64,000 nt of DNA, from assembly GCA_010356995.1 (NCBI GenBank), contig ML996703.1, positions 496,001-560,000 of the forward strand. Direction: 5' to 3'. The notes beneath the pieces were generated by a model that was not told the origin of the DNA, did no database searches, and worked only from the letters and a program-made list of their open reading frames with translations. The position numbers and the translations under genes are program-made. Of this stretch, positions 12,799 to 24,760 are shown one piece after another (positions within the stretch are counted from its first letter, which is position 1; every line of letters starts with the position of its first letter). This DNA comes from Trichodelitschia bisporula (lineage: Eukaryota).

Positions 12799-13368
12799 TC
12801 AAGCCTCCTCCTCTCCCTCCTCCCCTTTAAGCACCTCCAAATCGACCCCCAATTCATCCGCCAACCGCTTCGCCCTCTCAACCCACCGCCTCACAAGCGG
12901 ATGCGCCCTCGCAACCTCCCTGAACGTAATCTCCCCCTCATCCCCCGGAACGTCAAACCGCCAAACCCCATCCTCGCCAAACCACTCCCTTCCAAACACC
13001 CTCTTCATATCCAACTCCTCCCTCACTCTCCCAGCCTCCCCCTGCAACTGCTCTTTATCCTCCTCCCTCGCTCCCCGCGCTAGGCCCTCGACTACGCCGA
13101 TGCACCACCCCACCTGCGCGCCCAGCTCGGCGCCGAGTGCGAAACCCTCATCGAACCCGGCTTGTACGTGCTCTGCCTTGGAGGCAGAGATTCCGTCTCT
13201 ATAGCCGGAGGTGTGGTGTGTGGCTTGTAGGCGGGGGATGTCCGAGATTTCGCTGGGGCCGGTGGCGAAGACGTCGTCGTCTGCTTCTGCTTGGGGTGGT
13301 GAGGGGGGCGGGGCGTCTGCAGGGGGAGAGGGGACGCTGGAGAAGCGCGAGAATGTGTCTATTAGCAT
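12799..13368 (-). CDS. YAE1: Yae1 family protein (Yae1_N, deca-GX3 motif)
   Basis: HHTSGYRDGISASKAEHVQAGFDEGFALGAELGAQVGWCIG; single exon. Confidence 0.88.
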   Translation of the reverse strand: MLIDTFSRFSSVPSPPADAPPPSPPQAEADDDVFATGPSEISDIPRLQATHHTSGYRDGISASKAEHVQAGFDEGFALGAELGAQVGWCIGVVEGLARGAREEDKEQLQGEAGRVREELDMKRVFGREWFGEDGVWRFDVPGDEGEITFREVARAHPLVRRWVERAKRLADELGVDLEVLKGEEGEEEA

Positions 13369-13584
13369 TGTGGAGGGTGGTGGTGAATTGGCTGACGTGG
13401 AGTGTTGTTGGTGGTAGTTTCAATGCGCGTGGTGGGGTTGAGGCGGGGTCACTTCCCCCACTTAAAATTTAAGTTGTTGCCCACTTATGCTCTGAAACAG
13501 TTGACGTCATAAGCAGAAATATATATCTCAGCCACATTAGATTCATAATCGGATGCACCAGAATTCGCATACAACATGCGCCTA

Positions 13585-15335
13585 TTACTCTCGCTCCTCC
13601 ACCTCCTCTAGCTCTCCAACTCCCTCAAGCAACCGTTCAAACTCCGCCATATCCCGACACCCCTCCTCAACGACCCACTTCCCCTCAATAGACTTCAGCG
13701 CCGCGCACGCCGCGCCCAAAACCAGCAGCCCGGGCGGCTGCGAGCCCAATTCCTCAACCGCAGCAACGACATGCTCCAGCGTCGAGCGGATAACCCGCTG
13801 ATCAGCGCAACTCGCACGCTCGACAATAGCCACCGGTGTCGAGGTCGGCCATCTCGCCTCCTTATGCGGAGGATCCACGCCATTCGTGAGGCCCTCAGCG
13901 TTAACTGCCGCCTCCGTACCGACCAACTGCTCCACAAGTGACGCCAGCCGATTCAATGCCATAAGAAAGATCACTGTCCGACTAGGCCCAAACTCTGGTG
14001 GCACCGTCTCCTTCCCCTTTCTGCCCACGCCCGTACACACTAGTACCTGGTCCGCGACGCCGCGCTGCGTGACCGGTACGCCGGCGAATAGCGGCGCAGC
14101 CAGCGCGCTCGTCACGCCGGGCAAAACGAGGGGCTCCCATCCGCGCTCCCGGAACCAGAGTACCTCCTCCCCGCCACGGCCGTAGAGGAAGGGGTCGCCT
14201 TGCTTGAGCCGCAGAACCGTATGGCCAGCCTGTAGGCCTGCGATCCCGAGCTGTAATAGCTCGTCTTGCGCGGCGTCGGCGTTGCCGGGGAATTTGCGCG
14301 CGATATGCACAGTTGTACGGCGGGGGATGAGGTCGAGGACGGGCGCGGGGACGAGTTTGTCGGCAAGGATTATGGTAGCGGTTTTGATGGCCGTGTAGGT
14401 TGCGCGAGTGAGGAGTTCGGGACTACCGGGGCCGGACCCGGCGAGGATGATTTGCGGTTTGCGAGGATTGGTTGGTTGCGGGGTCAGGAGGTCCGGGGGT
14501 GCGGATGTGAATGTTGAGGGGGCAGAGCGGTAGGCGGTAAGAATAGAGGAGACGTCCGAGTCGGAGATGCTGGCGAGGCGCTTGATTGGCCAGTACTCGC
14601 AGATCTGGGAGAGCCAACGTATTCTCCGGGTACGAGCGGCATCGTGGTCTTCCGGTGTTACCAGCTTGTTGAAGTTGGCTGGCTGAACGGTATCCTCTTC
14701 TTCGGCTTCGGCTTCTTCACCAGGTCCTAAAGTGACAACTTTGTCTTCTTCCCAGAGTTGTCGCCGCAACGACCCCAAGCGGGACACGGCAGAACCAATA
14801 TTCGCCGGCAGTGACGAGGCAATCTCACGCCGAATCCGTGAGGAGAGCTTACACCCACTGCCTGAGGTAGTAACACCAATCTGCAGCGGACCATCGGTAT
14901 GCGTGCTTAGAATGGTAAATGAAGAGAGCAGCGGCGCATCCGCCACATTAACCGGAATCCGCAATTCCCTACACAGCTTCACGATACGTGCACCTGACAA
15001 TATCAGTCATCAGCCCGCAGCAGCACGTGAGTCCTACTCTGCGGATTTTTTGCGCCCAGCGTGAGGAACACCACATCTACCACACTCCGCACCTCCTCGC
15101 GCCCCAGGTTAGTAAGGTCGTCATCGTGGAACTCGCGACGGAGCCATTGAACCTGGCCGTCGTCGACGCGCTTTAGGATCCCGCGGTGGACGACGGGACC
15201 CTCGGGTGCGATCAGAATAGGAACAGCGCCAACTTCGATAGAGCGAGCGCAGCGGGAGCCGGCCAGCGGGTTAGAGCCGATGATTAGGTGAACTTGCCGT
15301 GAGCAATCCACTGCTGTAAGAAGTGCGGGAGGCAT
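13585..15335 (-). CDS. MET1: Uroporphyrinogen-III C-methyltransferase / siroheme synthase
   Basis: N-terminal siroheme-synthase-like region (PVNVADAP, LQIGVTTSG) plus tetrapyrrole methylase (GSGPGSPELLT, RLKQGDPFLYGRGGEE, PGVTSA); intron 15037-14994. Confidence 0.93.
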
Positions 15336-15971
15336 GCCGATGCTGGAAGAGCCGTTGCCGGGAGTAAAGAGTTTTCAGTGCCGAGGTGACGGGGTTCAAC
15401 CGGAATCCAGATTCTGAGTGACCAGAATCACCGCCGATGCATGCAGATGAGAAGCGAAGGAGATGAGATGAGAACATTTTGGAAGTGTAGATTCGGTTGT
15501 ACATAAAATATCCACCTGGCGGCAAAGTGTGAGCATCAGACCCTGGACTTGGCGATCCCGTCATCGCGCTGGCGTCGAATTGGACGGTGCCGAGAGCGAA
15601 AATAATAGACAGCAAGGCTGGCCTGGTCCTTATGGCCAATCGGCGACAGGGGATTTGACTACCGGAACCACGAAAAGAAGTGAGAGATGGGAAGCGGAGA
15701 TGGCCGATTCCATCTTGCAAGGCGATGTTTGATGTTGTGTTGATCGAACGCGAACTCTGTACCAAAACAATGAGGTGTTTAGGATACATCTACGGATGTG
15801 CTAACTGCCTTTATTCACCCATTATCCACTACCGGCTCCTTAGCTAACTATCAGTGACGTCAGGACAGGTGATGCCACATATACTCCGTACACAAAAGCT
15901 TCACATTTCCTCTGGCTTACGCGACCAAAGCAAATCAACCAAAATCACAGAATCGTCCCCAACCTTCGACA

Positions 15972-16181
15972 ATGCCTTCCTCAGCCGAAAAAAGTCTTTC
16001 CCTCCTCGAGCGACTCGCTCAGATCATCGTGTACATCATCGCGTTCCCTTTCATCGCAGGCTTCATTGCCATCAAGAACGCTCTCACCAGATCCAAAGGC
16101 CACCATTCGCACCGCAACCAGCTCCCCGAATTCCATTCCATTGGCGGAGAACAGGAATCATTCTACGCGAAGGACGAATAA
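15972..16181 (+). CDS. Candidate 69-aa single-pass membrane microprotein
   Basis: ACA-ATG context; hydrophobic stretch IIVYIIAFPFIAGFIAI followed by basic residues; C-ending codon bias like neighbouring genes. Confidence 0.45.
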   Translation: MPSSAEKSLSLLERLAQIIVYIIAFPFIAGFIAIKNALTRSKGHHSHRNQLPEFHSIGGEQESFYAKDE

Positions 16182-16524
16182 CGACTTGAATGTCGGCTTA
16201 ACCCGGATGAATGTGAGGGCGTGTCAGTCATGTTGGGCCAACTCCGCTCGACAAGCCATAACGTCGGTTGAAGAGAACGGCAAAGTTTGGGAACCATCTG
16301 CTTTGGGATCCCAGAGGCTCAGTCGGCTACAGTAGCCACGAGGAGCCATTGGTAGCCATCAAGCTCGACCGGGAACGTACTGGCGGTTGGATGGACGCTG
16401 TTTGATGTTGATATGAGATGAGGGACACGGAACGGCTACGAAATCAACCTGGCCTGAAAGTACCAGACAAATCCCCACACAAAGACCCATTGTTCGCACC
16501 ATGTCCATTGAACGAGCCCTGCAC

Positions 16525-17485
16525 CTATTCGTCCCCATCCCTCCCCATGGCAATATCCAGCGCCTTGCGTCCCAACCCCACGCCCCGCTCCAGAGCATTC
16601 AGCTTCGCCAGCGCCGACATAAGATTCGGATCCTGACTCTCAACGCGTATCTTCTCCCGAACCTTGACCTCGTGCCCCTTATACGTAAAAGTTTGGCCCA
16701 GCTCGTCGTGGTGCTGCACGCGCACCGTCCCCAACGCAACAGCCAGTCGATTCAGGCTAAACGCAGAATGATAATCGGCAGGCGGCGTCGCGGGCTCCAG
16801 AGTGCGGATCTCGAGTCGCAGCGCCGCGTCCACGATGCTGAGGTGGAACGACACGTTCGAGGGAAGAGGCGGGTCGAACGTCTGCCTCGTCAGCTCCTCT
16901 TCATTCAACCCCAGAAGCGCATCTCACGTTATAATCCACCGGCTCCTGCCACCATTGCGTTCCCACGTCTCCCTCGCCCTTGAGCATCCTCTTTGCCTCG
17001 GCGAGATTAACATCTAGCAGCCTCATCTGCCCAGCGATAAACCCTGCATCCTTCGCATCCCCCGCCCAAGTACTAACATCCACAACATCAAGACAAGCAT
17101 CAATCCGTGATCTCACCGCCGCCAACTGCTGCAGCGCCAGGACCGGCGCGCCCGGCTCGCCAGACACGACCAGGGGATACGCAGCCAGTCCCTTCGGCGG
17201 CGGCAGGCTCCCAAGCCTTAACTTGACATCGCCCTTGACGATATGCGTGCCGACGCGTGTGACGTAGCCTTTGAGTGCTTCGGAGCGGTGGGAGGAAAGC
17301 GCAAGCGTGGACGGCGTGTCCGAGGGGGCGAGCAGCGCGGCGCATTCACTTAGCCCGGCTTTGAGCGACTGTAGCGTGTCTTGTAGTTCTGCGAGGAGCC
17401 AGTCGAGTTCGCGCGCGAGGGAGGAAGCAGTTTCTGCGGCAAGGGCAGCGGGCGCGATGGGCGGCCAGATGATGGTTGACATCAT
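16525..17485 (-). CDS. RAV2: RAVE complex subunit 2 / Rogdi leucine-zipper protein
   Basis: ELDWLLAELQDTLQSLKAGLSECAALL, LSSHRSEALKGYVTRVG, VREKIRVESQDPNLMSALAKL; intron 16927-16882. Confidence 0.85.
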
Positions 17486-18433
17486 GGTGGTGCTCGTGGG
17501 TTGGGGGAGAGCGTGGCGGTGCCCCGCGTTGCTCACTTCCCCTGGCTTGGCTGGTTAAGCTTCATCACCACGGCCGCACAACATGCGCGGCCAAAGCGAC
17601 AGCAGTCTGCAGACCCGTTGACATGTCGTGCAAGACATGTTTCGGGATCGTCGAAACGAAATGTTTCCTTGATTCAACTGGGCTGTTTCATGCCGATGGG
17701 AGCACTTTCGGGACGGGCGAGCCCGCATTGCAAACCCTTTGAACAGGAGATTTGAAAATCATGCCCATGGCAACCCAATCACTCCAGTCCATGAATCCAT
17801 CACCTAACAACAAGCCCGGCAGTCAAATCCGCATGAGGAAGGCTTCATACTTCACACCAAAGTCACCTCCGTGAGTCTCATCCATACAGCGTGATTGGGT
17901 CGGCATCGGTGTTTCTGAAACAAGGGAGACAAGCTCCACCGCAGCGGCCCGGCTGCCTCTCTGAGAACATTTATGTGCTCCCTATGGCTGCACCAACATA
18001 CCCGCCCGACGGCGAGCAATCAGGTCCCGTTCCTGGCATGCAAGTTTCAAACGTCCGCTTACCATCCCGCACCATCCCCGCATCTGGTGCGTTCTCCTTG
18101 CCTTGTGGGGCAGCTGAGGCTCCTCCAGGAGGCCAGTACCCCTAAGGGGTTCAAGGGACGCCAGGGCAGGCGGGCATCGTCAGTATTTGACTGTTGCGTT
18201 CCCTTCCGTCTCTGGGGTTTTGTCGCTCAAGTCTTCTGTTTCATTCCTTACAAGCATCGCGCAGGCTCGATCAGGCTGGTCCTCACACTCCTTCACGATA
18301 ATCCCCACAAAGAAAAACAACGTTCACTGTACACAAAGGGCTTGACGCCATTCACTACTTCTCTGAGAGAATCACTATCAGAACCGTTTAAATACCCTCG
18401 ACCTCGCCGCCACCAAAAACGCTCACCACCAAA

Positions 18434-19186
18434 ATGCATTCCTCTTTCATATTCGCCATGTTCGCGGCTTCGGCCATGGCTGCCCCGGCTCCGCGCTGCG
18501 GAAACCAGATTCGCAGCAGCGTCAGCGCCAGCGCGCTCCGATCGGCTACCACCAGCTCCCTCCGCACAGCTGGCACGGCCGGGACAACGGGCACGACACG
18601 CACAACCGGAACGTCCAATGCAGCGGGCACCCCCGGCACCAGCGCCTCCGGCCTCACCACCTCCCAAATCCTAGCAATCATGCCTCAGACCGCCTCTTGC
18701 GCCAACGAGCCGTACCCAGGTGAATGCCGGACCGCCGCACAAGCCGCGCCGCTCTTCGCCCAGTCTTTCACCAAGTACAAGATCACGGACCCGCACGCGC
18801 AAGCCGCCATCCTCGCCCTCGTGGCCTACGAATCGGGCCAGCTGAAGGCGAACATCGGGCACACGCCCCCAGTCCCGGGCAAGGGCACGCGCAACATGCA
18901 GTCGCCGACGTACAACTCGCAGTACGCCACGGCGCTGTATGGCGCGGCTAAGGTTGCTGCGGCGGGTTCGCCTGAGGCGGTCCTTGGGCTGGTGACGAAC
19001 GACGCGGATAGCTTTGCGTCGGCTGCGTGGTTCTTGACTTCTCAGTGTCCGCAGCTGCAAGCTGCGTTTGGGACGCAGCCTGAGCAGACGTGGGTCCAGT
19101 ACTTGACGCAATGTATTGGGACGACGGATAATGCGCAGCGCGATGCGTATTGGGTGAGCGCGAAGAAGGCGCTGGGTTTGGCTTGA
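18434..19186 (+). CDS. Secreted protein: signal peptide, Thr/Gly-rich linker, Cys-containing domain with possible lysozyme-like fold
   Basis: 250-aa single-exon ORF with strong codon bias; signal MHSSFIFAMFAASAMAAP; TA-rich element TTTAAATA upstream. Confidence 0.85.
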   Translation: MHSSFIFAMFAASAMAAPAPRCGNQIRSSVSASALRSATTSSLRTAGTAGTTGTTRTTGTSNAAGTPGTSASGLTTSQILAIMPQTASCANEPYPGECRTAAQAAPLFAQSFTKYKITDPHAQAAILALVAYESGQLKANIGHTPPVPGKGTRNMQSPTYNSQYATALYGAAKVAAAGSPEAVLGLVTNDADSFASAAWFLTSQCPQLQAAFGTQPEQTWVQYLTQCIGTTDNAQRDAYWVSAKKALGLA

Positions 19187-20847
19187 TCTTACTAGATTTG
19201 AGCTTGGTGTCGGAAGTGTTTCGAGATATCCAGCGCGGTACTTTGTTTTTATGTGGCTCGTTTGGAGCATGGAGCATTTGAGAGTAAGAATTAAAAACGT
19301 TGTAACACCTGTGATTAGCCTTTGATGATATCAAGGCAGACTTGCCATGTGAGAACCGTGCCACACCTTTAGATTGCAGCTTGTCAATCTCGAACCGACC
19401 CCGCCCACCCGTTCAATCGTTCCCTCCCACAAATCCAGAAAGCCGAATGATGCGGTGACCTCGTACTGCGCCTCAGTCGCAGGGCCGGCGACGAGCTCAA
19501 CTCTTTATCACGTGCTGACCTGCTGCGCTGGATCGCGACGCCCAGGCGCGGCAAAGGCTTGTTTAAACGCTGGGGCTAGTGGAGAGCGGGGCTGAAGGTG
19601 GGGCAACGGGTTTGGATTTTCATGTGTTAAGCGGAATCTGAAAGGATGTAGCGGGCGTGGGGGTTGGAAATAATGAACTTAAAGTCCTTGCTTGACAGTG
19701 ATACCATAGAATAGGCCGCTTCGTCAACGAAGGTGATATGGGGGTACGGAGGAGCAGTTTGGAGCTACCTCCATCTCCAAGACGAGGAGTAGCATGTTGA
19801 GGATGCGGGATTCTGATCAGGCGTCAGCAAACCAGCCACACTGCCGTACGGTACTGTACCGTAGCCTCCGTAAATCCTGCAAGTTGGCTCTGTCCCGCAG
19901 ATCTTTCCAAAGTCAAGATGACCATTGTACCTCCGTAAGGTGTGGTGAACAAGGTGACTGTGGCTGGGGGATCAAGGGACTACCCGTAAGAGACCAATGG
20001 GCACGTAATGCCGGCATTCCACGACGCCCGCCACGTCTTCTATGCGTTACGGAGATGCTTCATATTGGCCCTTGCCACTTGTTCGGAGGCTGGGCTGACG
20101 TGGCTCAGACATGCGTATCAGATCATTGAGGAGGACTGTGGCGCAGTTAATGGCTTTGAACGATACTCCGTAGACGGGGTAATACTAATGAATGTATCCA
20201 ACTGAGGAGAGCTAGAACAGAGAGTGGAGAGCAAGGGCGAGTTAATGAGGAAGGAAAGAATCATGTCGTGGCTGTTCGGGCAGGACAAAGGCGCAACGTT
20301 GTCCATCGTCATCCGACTATGCCGAGAGCTCCGGAGAATTACATCCGAGGACATTCTTCCCCACACTGTACATCCGTAGTGAAGCATTGTTGCAGGTCGT
20401 ACCTGACCTCCATACATCCGTACTCCGTAGTCATCTGTACCGTTACAGCTTTTTGTCGATTACCTTGCTTCGCTCTTTCCGATATCCAATCGTAGGACCG
20501 AAAAGGCATAGGGATTAAGCGCGTAGTGTGGCTTGTTGCTGCACACTAATTGGGGGTAGTTAACGCCCCTCGCCTTTGAGACACGGACCGGGGCGCGGGA
20601 CTCGATGCACACCTCTTAAGTCCAAGGCGCGCATGCACACTCTGTTGGCTGCTGCTGCTTCTCTCGTCCTCCTCACCATCCTCAACCCTACGCCGCAGCA
20701 AATCTCGCCCCCCTTCGCCTCCGTTACACTTCACCGCAGAGAACTACAATTGAAAAAGGTAGCGCGCATCGCTTCCTGTATTTGCACGCATTCACTTTCT
20801 TGTCGCATTGCTGACATCTTTCCGCTCCAGTTCGCTGTTCATCAATC

Positions 20848-21344
20848 ATGTCGGCAAACCAGTACTACGGCGGTGGTGCCCCTCAGTACCCACAACAGAG
20901 GTACGCTTTCACGACCGCAGTTATGCATCGTATCCATTGACCATACCGCAGCTATGGTCCTCCGCAGCCTGGCTATGGGCCTCCACAGCCCGGTTATGGC
21001 CCGCCGCAACCTGGCTACGGCCCGCCCCCTCAGCAGGTATGCCGCGCAACTTCGATATAGTGCTATGAAGGACCGAGAACTGACCTTATCATAGATGAAC
21101 TACCAGAATGGCCCGCCGCCTCAGCAGGTAAAGCAGAAGAAAGATCGCGGCTGTCTGGGTTCGCTGTACGTCCAAATCGCCACTCCATGGCCATCTATGC
21201 TAATTGTATCAAGTCTTGCCTGTCTCTGCTGCTGTCTCGTGTGTGAGGAGGGCTGCGAGTGCTGCGCTGGTAGGTAGACCCAAATGGTCGTAACCCTGCT
21301 AACAAGCTTCAGATTGCTGCGAATGCGCCGAAGACTGCTGCTAA
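20848..21344 (+). CDS. CYSTM-type Pro/Gln/Tyr-rich, Cys-rich-tail membrane protein (4 introns)
   Basis: Spliced MSANQYYGGGAPQYPQQS(YGPPQPG)x3YGPPPQQMNYQNGPPPQQVKQKKDRGCLGSLLACLCCCLVCEEGCECCADCCECAEDCC*; 5'UTR intron about 20759-20830. Confidence 0.88.
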
Positions 21345-22485
21345 GAGTCATCCATGACGAGACCGATTGGAAACTTCGCGAAAACCGTTCACCTCTAGCC
21401 ATCGCCGAGTTTGCTTTATGATTTTCAGTCCAGGTGCCCTTAGGTTATGTCCACGGTGTACATGCGATTTGTGTTTTTCCATGTCACGATAACGGTTTCG
21501 ATGAATCAAGGCGCTGTGTCCCGTTTCCTAAGCAACAAGCCTTTAGCTACAACTTCCTAATTCAAGCTCACCCTGTGGTCGTCTGACCTTTTCCGACCCA
21601 TGAAGTTGTTTGTGATTGGGCTCATATCGCTTCCCACGGGATGAGCTCGGCGATCGTTGAGCCAGAGAACCGTCGCCAGCTGCGCCACCCGCCCAGCGCG
21701 AAGCTTCGGATGCGCCCTTGATGTCGGTATCGGGTCCCGAAGCCATATCCACGAAGTTTCGGATGGAACTGGTGGCTGAGACACGATCTGCACCTCCGTC
21801 CGCCTTCTTGGGAAAAAGGTTTAATCTCCAGGAATTCAACAGATCAGCTGAATTATGTACCTTGGCACTGATCACCAACTTCTGACGGAACTAAGCTTCG
21901 CCGAAAACGATTACATATCACGAGGTTATCATCTATACTTTTACCTTTTTCAGTGCTATCCAGCTCATTACGTGTACGTAACCGGGCCCATCCTGGATGG
22001 CCAAGAATCAACGGTCCAGCAGCATGCGCCCGCCGTTGCACACCGTCCCACAAGCCTGGATGGTAGAAGCTATACCCGGCCACGATGCGCAGCGCGAGTA
22101 GCAGGACTTGGTCGAAACATTACTCCCGTCTTGCTTGTTATCGCAGCTCTTCGAAGAGGGTCTCGCTCCTGCCGATCACAGTTGGTGGAAGCAGATATGC
22201 ATAACGCGCAGCTGTAGCCAAATACAGCCTGTTTGGTCCGAATCGGACCCTCTAGAGCTGAGCATGACTTTCGGAGAATCAACCCTCTGAATGAGACTTC
22301 AATTGGGCAGTTCCTGATCCAGAAAGGTACTACCAGGCCTAACGTGCGCAGTCTATCCATCAATTGGTATCCAGAGTATACTGCGCTGCTCTCCAGTCCC
22401 AATACGATCACCATCCGCATCCGCATCCGCATGGTTATCGCGTTTCAACCCGCTCGCTATATCCAAGTGCCTCATCATCGTCATT

Positions 22486-24104
22486 ATGGTAAACTCTGTC
22501 GATCACGCCGGCGCTGTTTTGCCGCCTCTGAAGGGCACCATTGTCACAGGTCCTGATTTTGAAGTTCGCATGCCCGCGGATGTTTGGATTCCTGTCGAGC
22601 AGCTCATGAAGGAGAAGCGTCTCCGCCTTATCCTGGACTTGCGGCTGTGCTCAATTGCTGGACTTCTTTGCGCGTGGAACCTCATTGACAGTGGGATCAT
22701 TTCGAGCGCTGTCGTCACGAGCATGCTGGAGGACCTGGACCTCGATCATGGCAACCATTTGGCTCTTTCAATCATAGTCTTTACAATCACCGGCATCGCC
22801 TTTCATCTTCCAGGTACGGTTGCGACGCGTACTTTTGGCCCTCGGCGCTGGTTTTCGACTATCACGTTCTGGTTCGGAGTCATTACGCTTTCCTCTGCCT
22901 TCGTCAAGACCTGGCGCCAGATGATCGCTCTTCGCATTCTCCTTGGGATGTGCATGGCAGGCATTTATCCTGGAGTGACCTATCTCATCAGCACTTGGTA
23001 CACGCGTCGCGAGCAGCAGCTGCGGTTTGCTCTGCTCCAGGCTGGTGAGGTGTGCATTCTGGCAACGGGCGGCATTGTTAACTTCGGCCTGAATCATCAC
23101 GACGGCCACGGGGGGCTCAAGGGGTGGCAGTGGATGTTCATGATCCAGGGGATCATCACTTGCATCATTAGCGTTGTAACCTACTGGTGGATCGTCGACT
23201 TCCCCGAGGAAGCTAACAGGAATTTCAAGTTCTTCGATGAAGACGAGACTAGAATCATGATGGACCGCATCATACGCGACCGGGACGATCTACATCCTGA
23301 GGTCTTTACGTGAAGCGGGGTTCTGAAGAACTGGCGCGACCTGAAGATCTGGGGATTTTGCATTATGTTCTTTATCCAGAACGTGGTGTCAATGAGCATG
23401 TCATACTTTCTCACCTTGATCCTGAAGGATGGCATGGGCTTCAGTGCCAACAAGGCCATTCTGCTCAGCGCTGCGACCTACTACTGGTCAGCCATCCAGG
23501 CTCTAATTTCTTCCTTCGTCGGTGACAAGTACGGCATCCGCGGTCCGGTGATCGTTGTCAACGCACTCCTCTTGATAATAGAATTCTCCATGATGGGTTA
23601 CGTCGACCAGGTGGCCGTCCGGTACCTTGGCGCATATTTCGTCGTGGGAGCCTACGTCTCAAACTGGGCAGCGCTGAATGCATACCTGGCGAACAATATC
23701 GTCGGGTATGTCAGCTCTCTCGTACTTCATGCCGCTGCTAACTGGATAAGTCAGTGGAAGCGCGTTTTTGCGGCAGCTATGACGACTGCCTTCAATGGCG
23801 CTGGTGGCATCGCTGGGGCGTATATCGTGAAACAAAACGAGGCCCCGAAGTACAGTACTGCCGTCAAAAGGTCTTGGGCGTAAGCTATGAAGGAGATTAT
23901 CTGTATTAAAGGCTGACGCCGGCACAGGTCCCACATTTTGATGGTCACCTGTGTCTTTTTGTTTTCTCAATACTTCTTCAATGAGAATAGGAAACAGAAG
24001 CGCGAAGCGCGAAGGCAACGTGACTGAAAAGACGGTAAGCCATACTATCAATTTATAGTTCCAGGCTAAGCCAACGGTAGCCCGGCTTCCACTTTACGTA
24101 TTAG
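22486..24104 (+). pseudogene. MFS transporter (anion:cation symporter / allantoate-permease-like) with disrupting lesions
   Basis: FGPRRW, YLISTWYTRREQQLRF, GLKGWQWMF motifs; in-frame TGA at 23311-23313; 7-nt duplication at 23997-24010 shifts the frame before the terminal exon PGFHFTY*. Confidence 0.75.
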
Positions 24105-24760
24105 ATCATGAAGCCATACGCCAATGGTTCCACTGAGATCAGGCGTTTCTAGTCGATATGAAGTTGGGAGACCTAAGTTCGTTGTGTTTTAGCTGGAGAT
24201 GCCTTGTACCTAAGAAATTGATGATAGAATGAGTGGCGTCTAGAAGAAATCAGGATGATAACATGGAGCTTCACGTAATGTTCACCACCAGATGTCAATT
24301 GCGCGAATTGTAAATACCTTTGGCTGCCTTCAGCCTGAGTTGATCTCCGCAAGAATATTAATCCGGTGTCATCATAGGTTGTGATTGGCTGCACCTTCTT
24401 ATACCTCACAAGTCCAGGTGCCAAGGTGTTCCCCGTTATTGACTTGGCCTGGCTTTGCTCGTCAAGCTGTCGCATTTGCGCCTTAACCGTTGTTACCGCT
24501 CACTCATCCCCTCCTCCGCAGAGCCTCCTACCACCCTGAACAGCCCCATCCTGCTGAGGCTTCCAGTTGTTTGTCTATCTTCTTGATCTTACCGCTGACC
24601 TCTGCCTACCCTGTTTACGGCTCCGCCCGTTCCCCCTCTTCGGTCCCTCTTGTCCCCGAGTCCGCCGCTTTCTCCTCCCCGCCTTAATCCAACACCACAG
24701 TTCCCGCTGAGTCGGCTTCTTCCCTCCATGGTGCTTGCGGCACTGCGCCGGTAATAGATC

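Noticed and set aside
21700..22220. ORF fragments with intron-like signals upstream of the MFS pseudogene
   Set aside because: No coherent or recognisable protein could be assembled.
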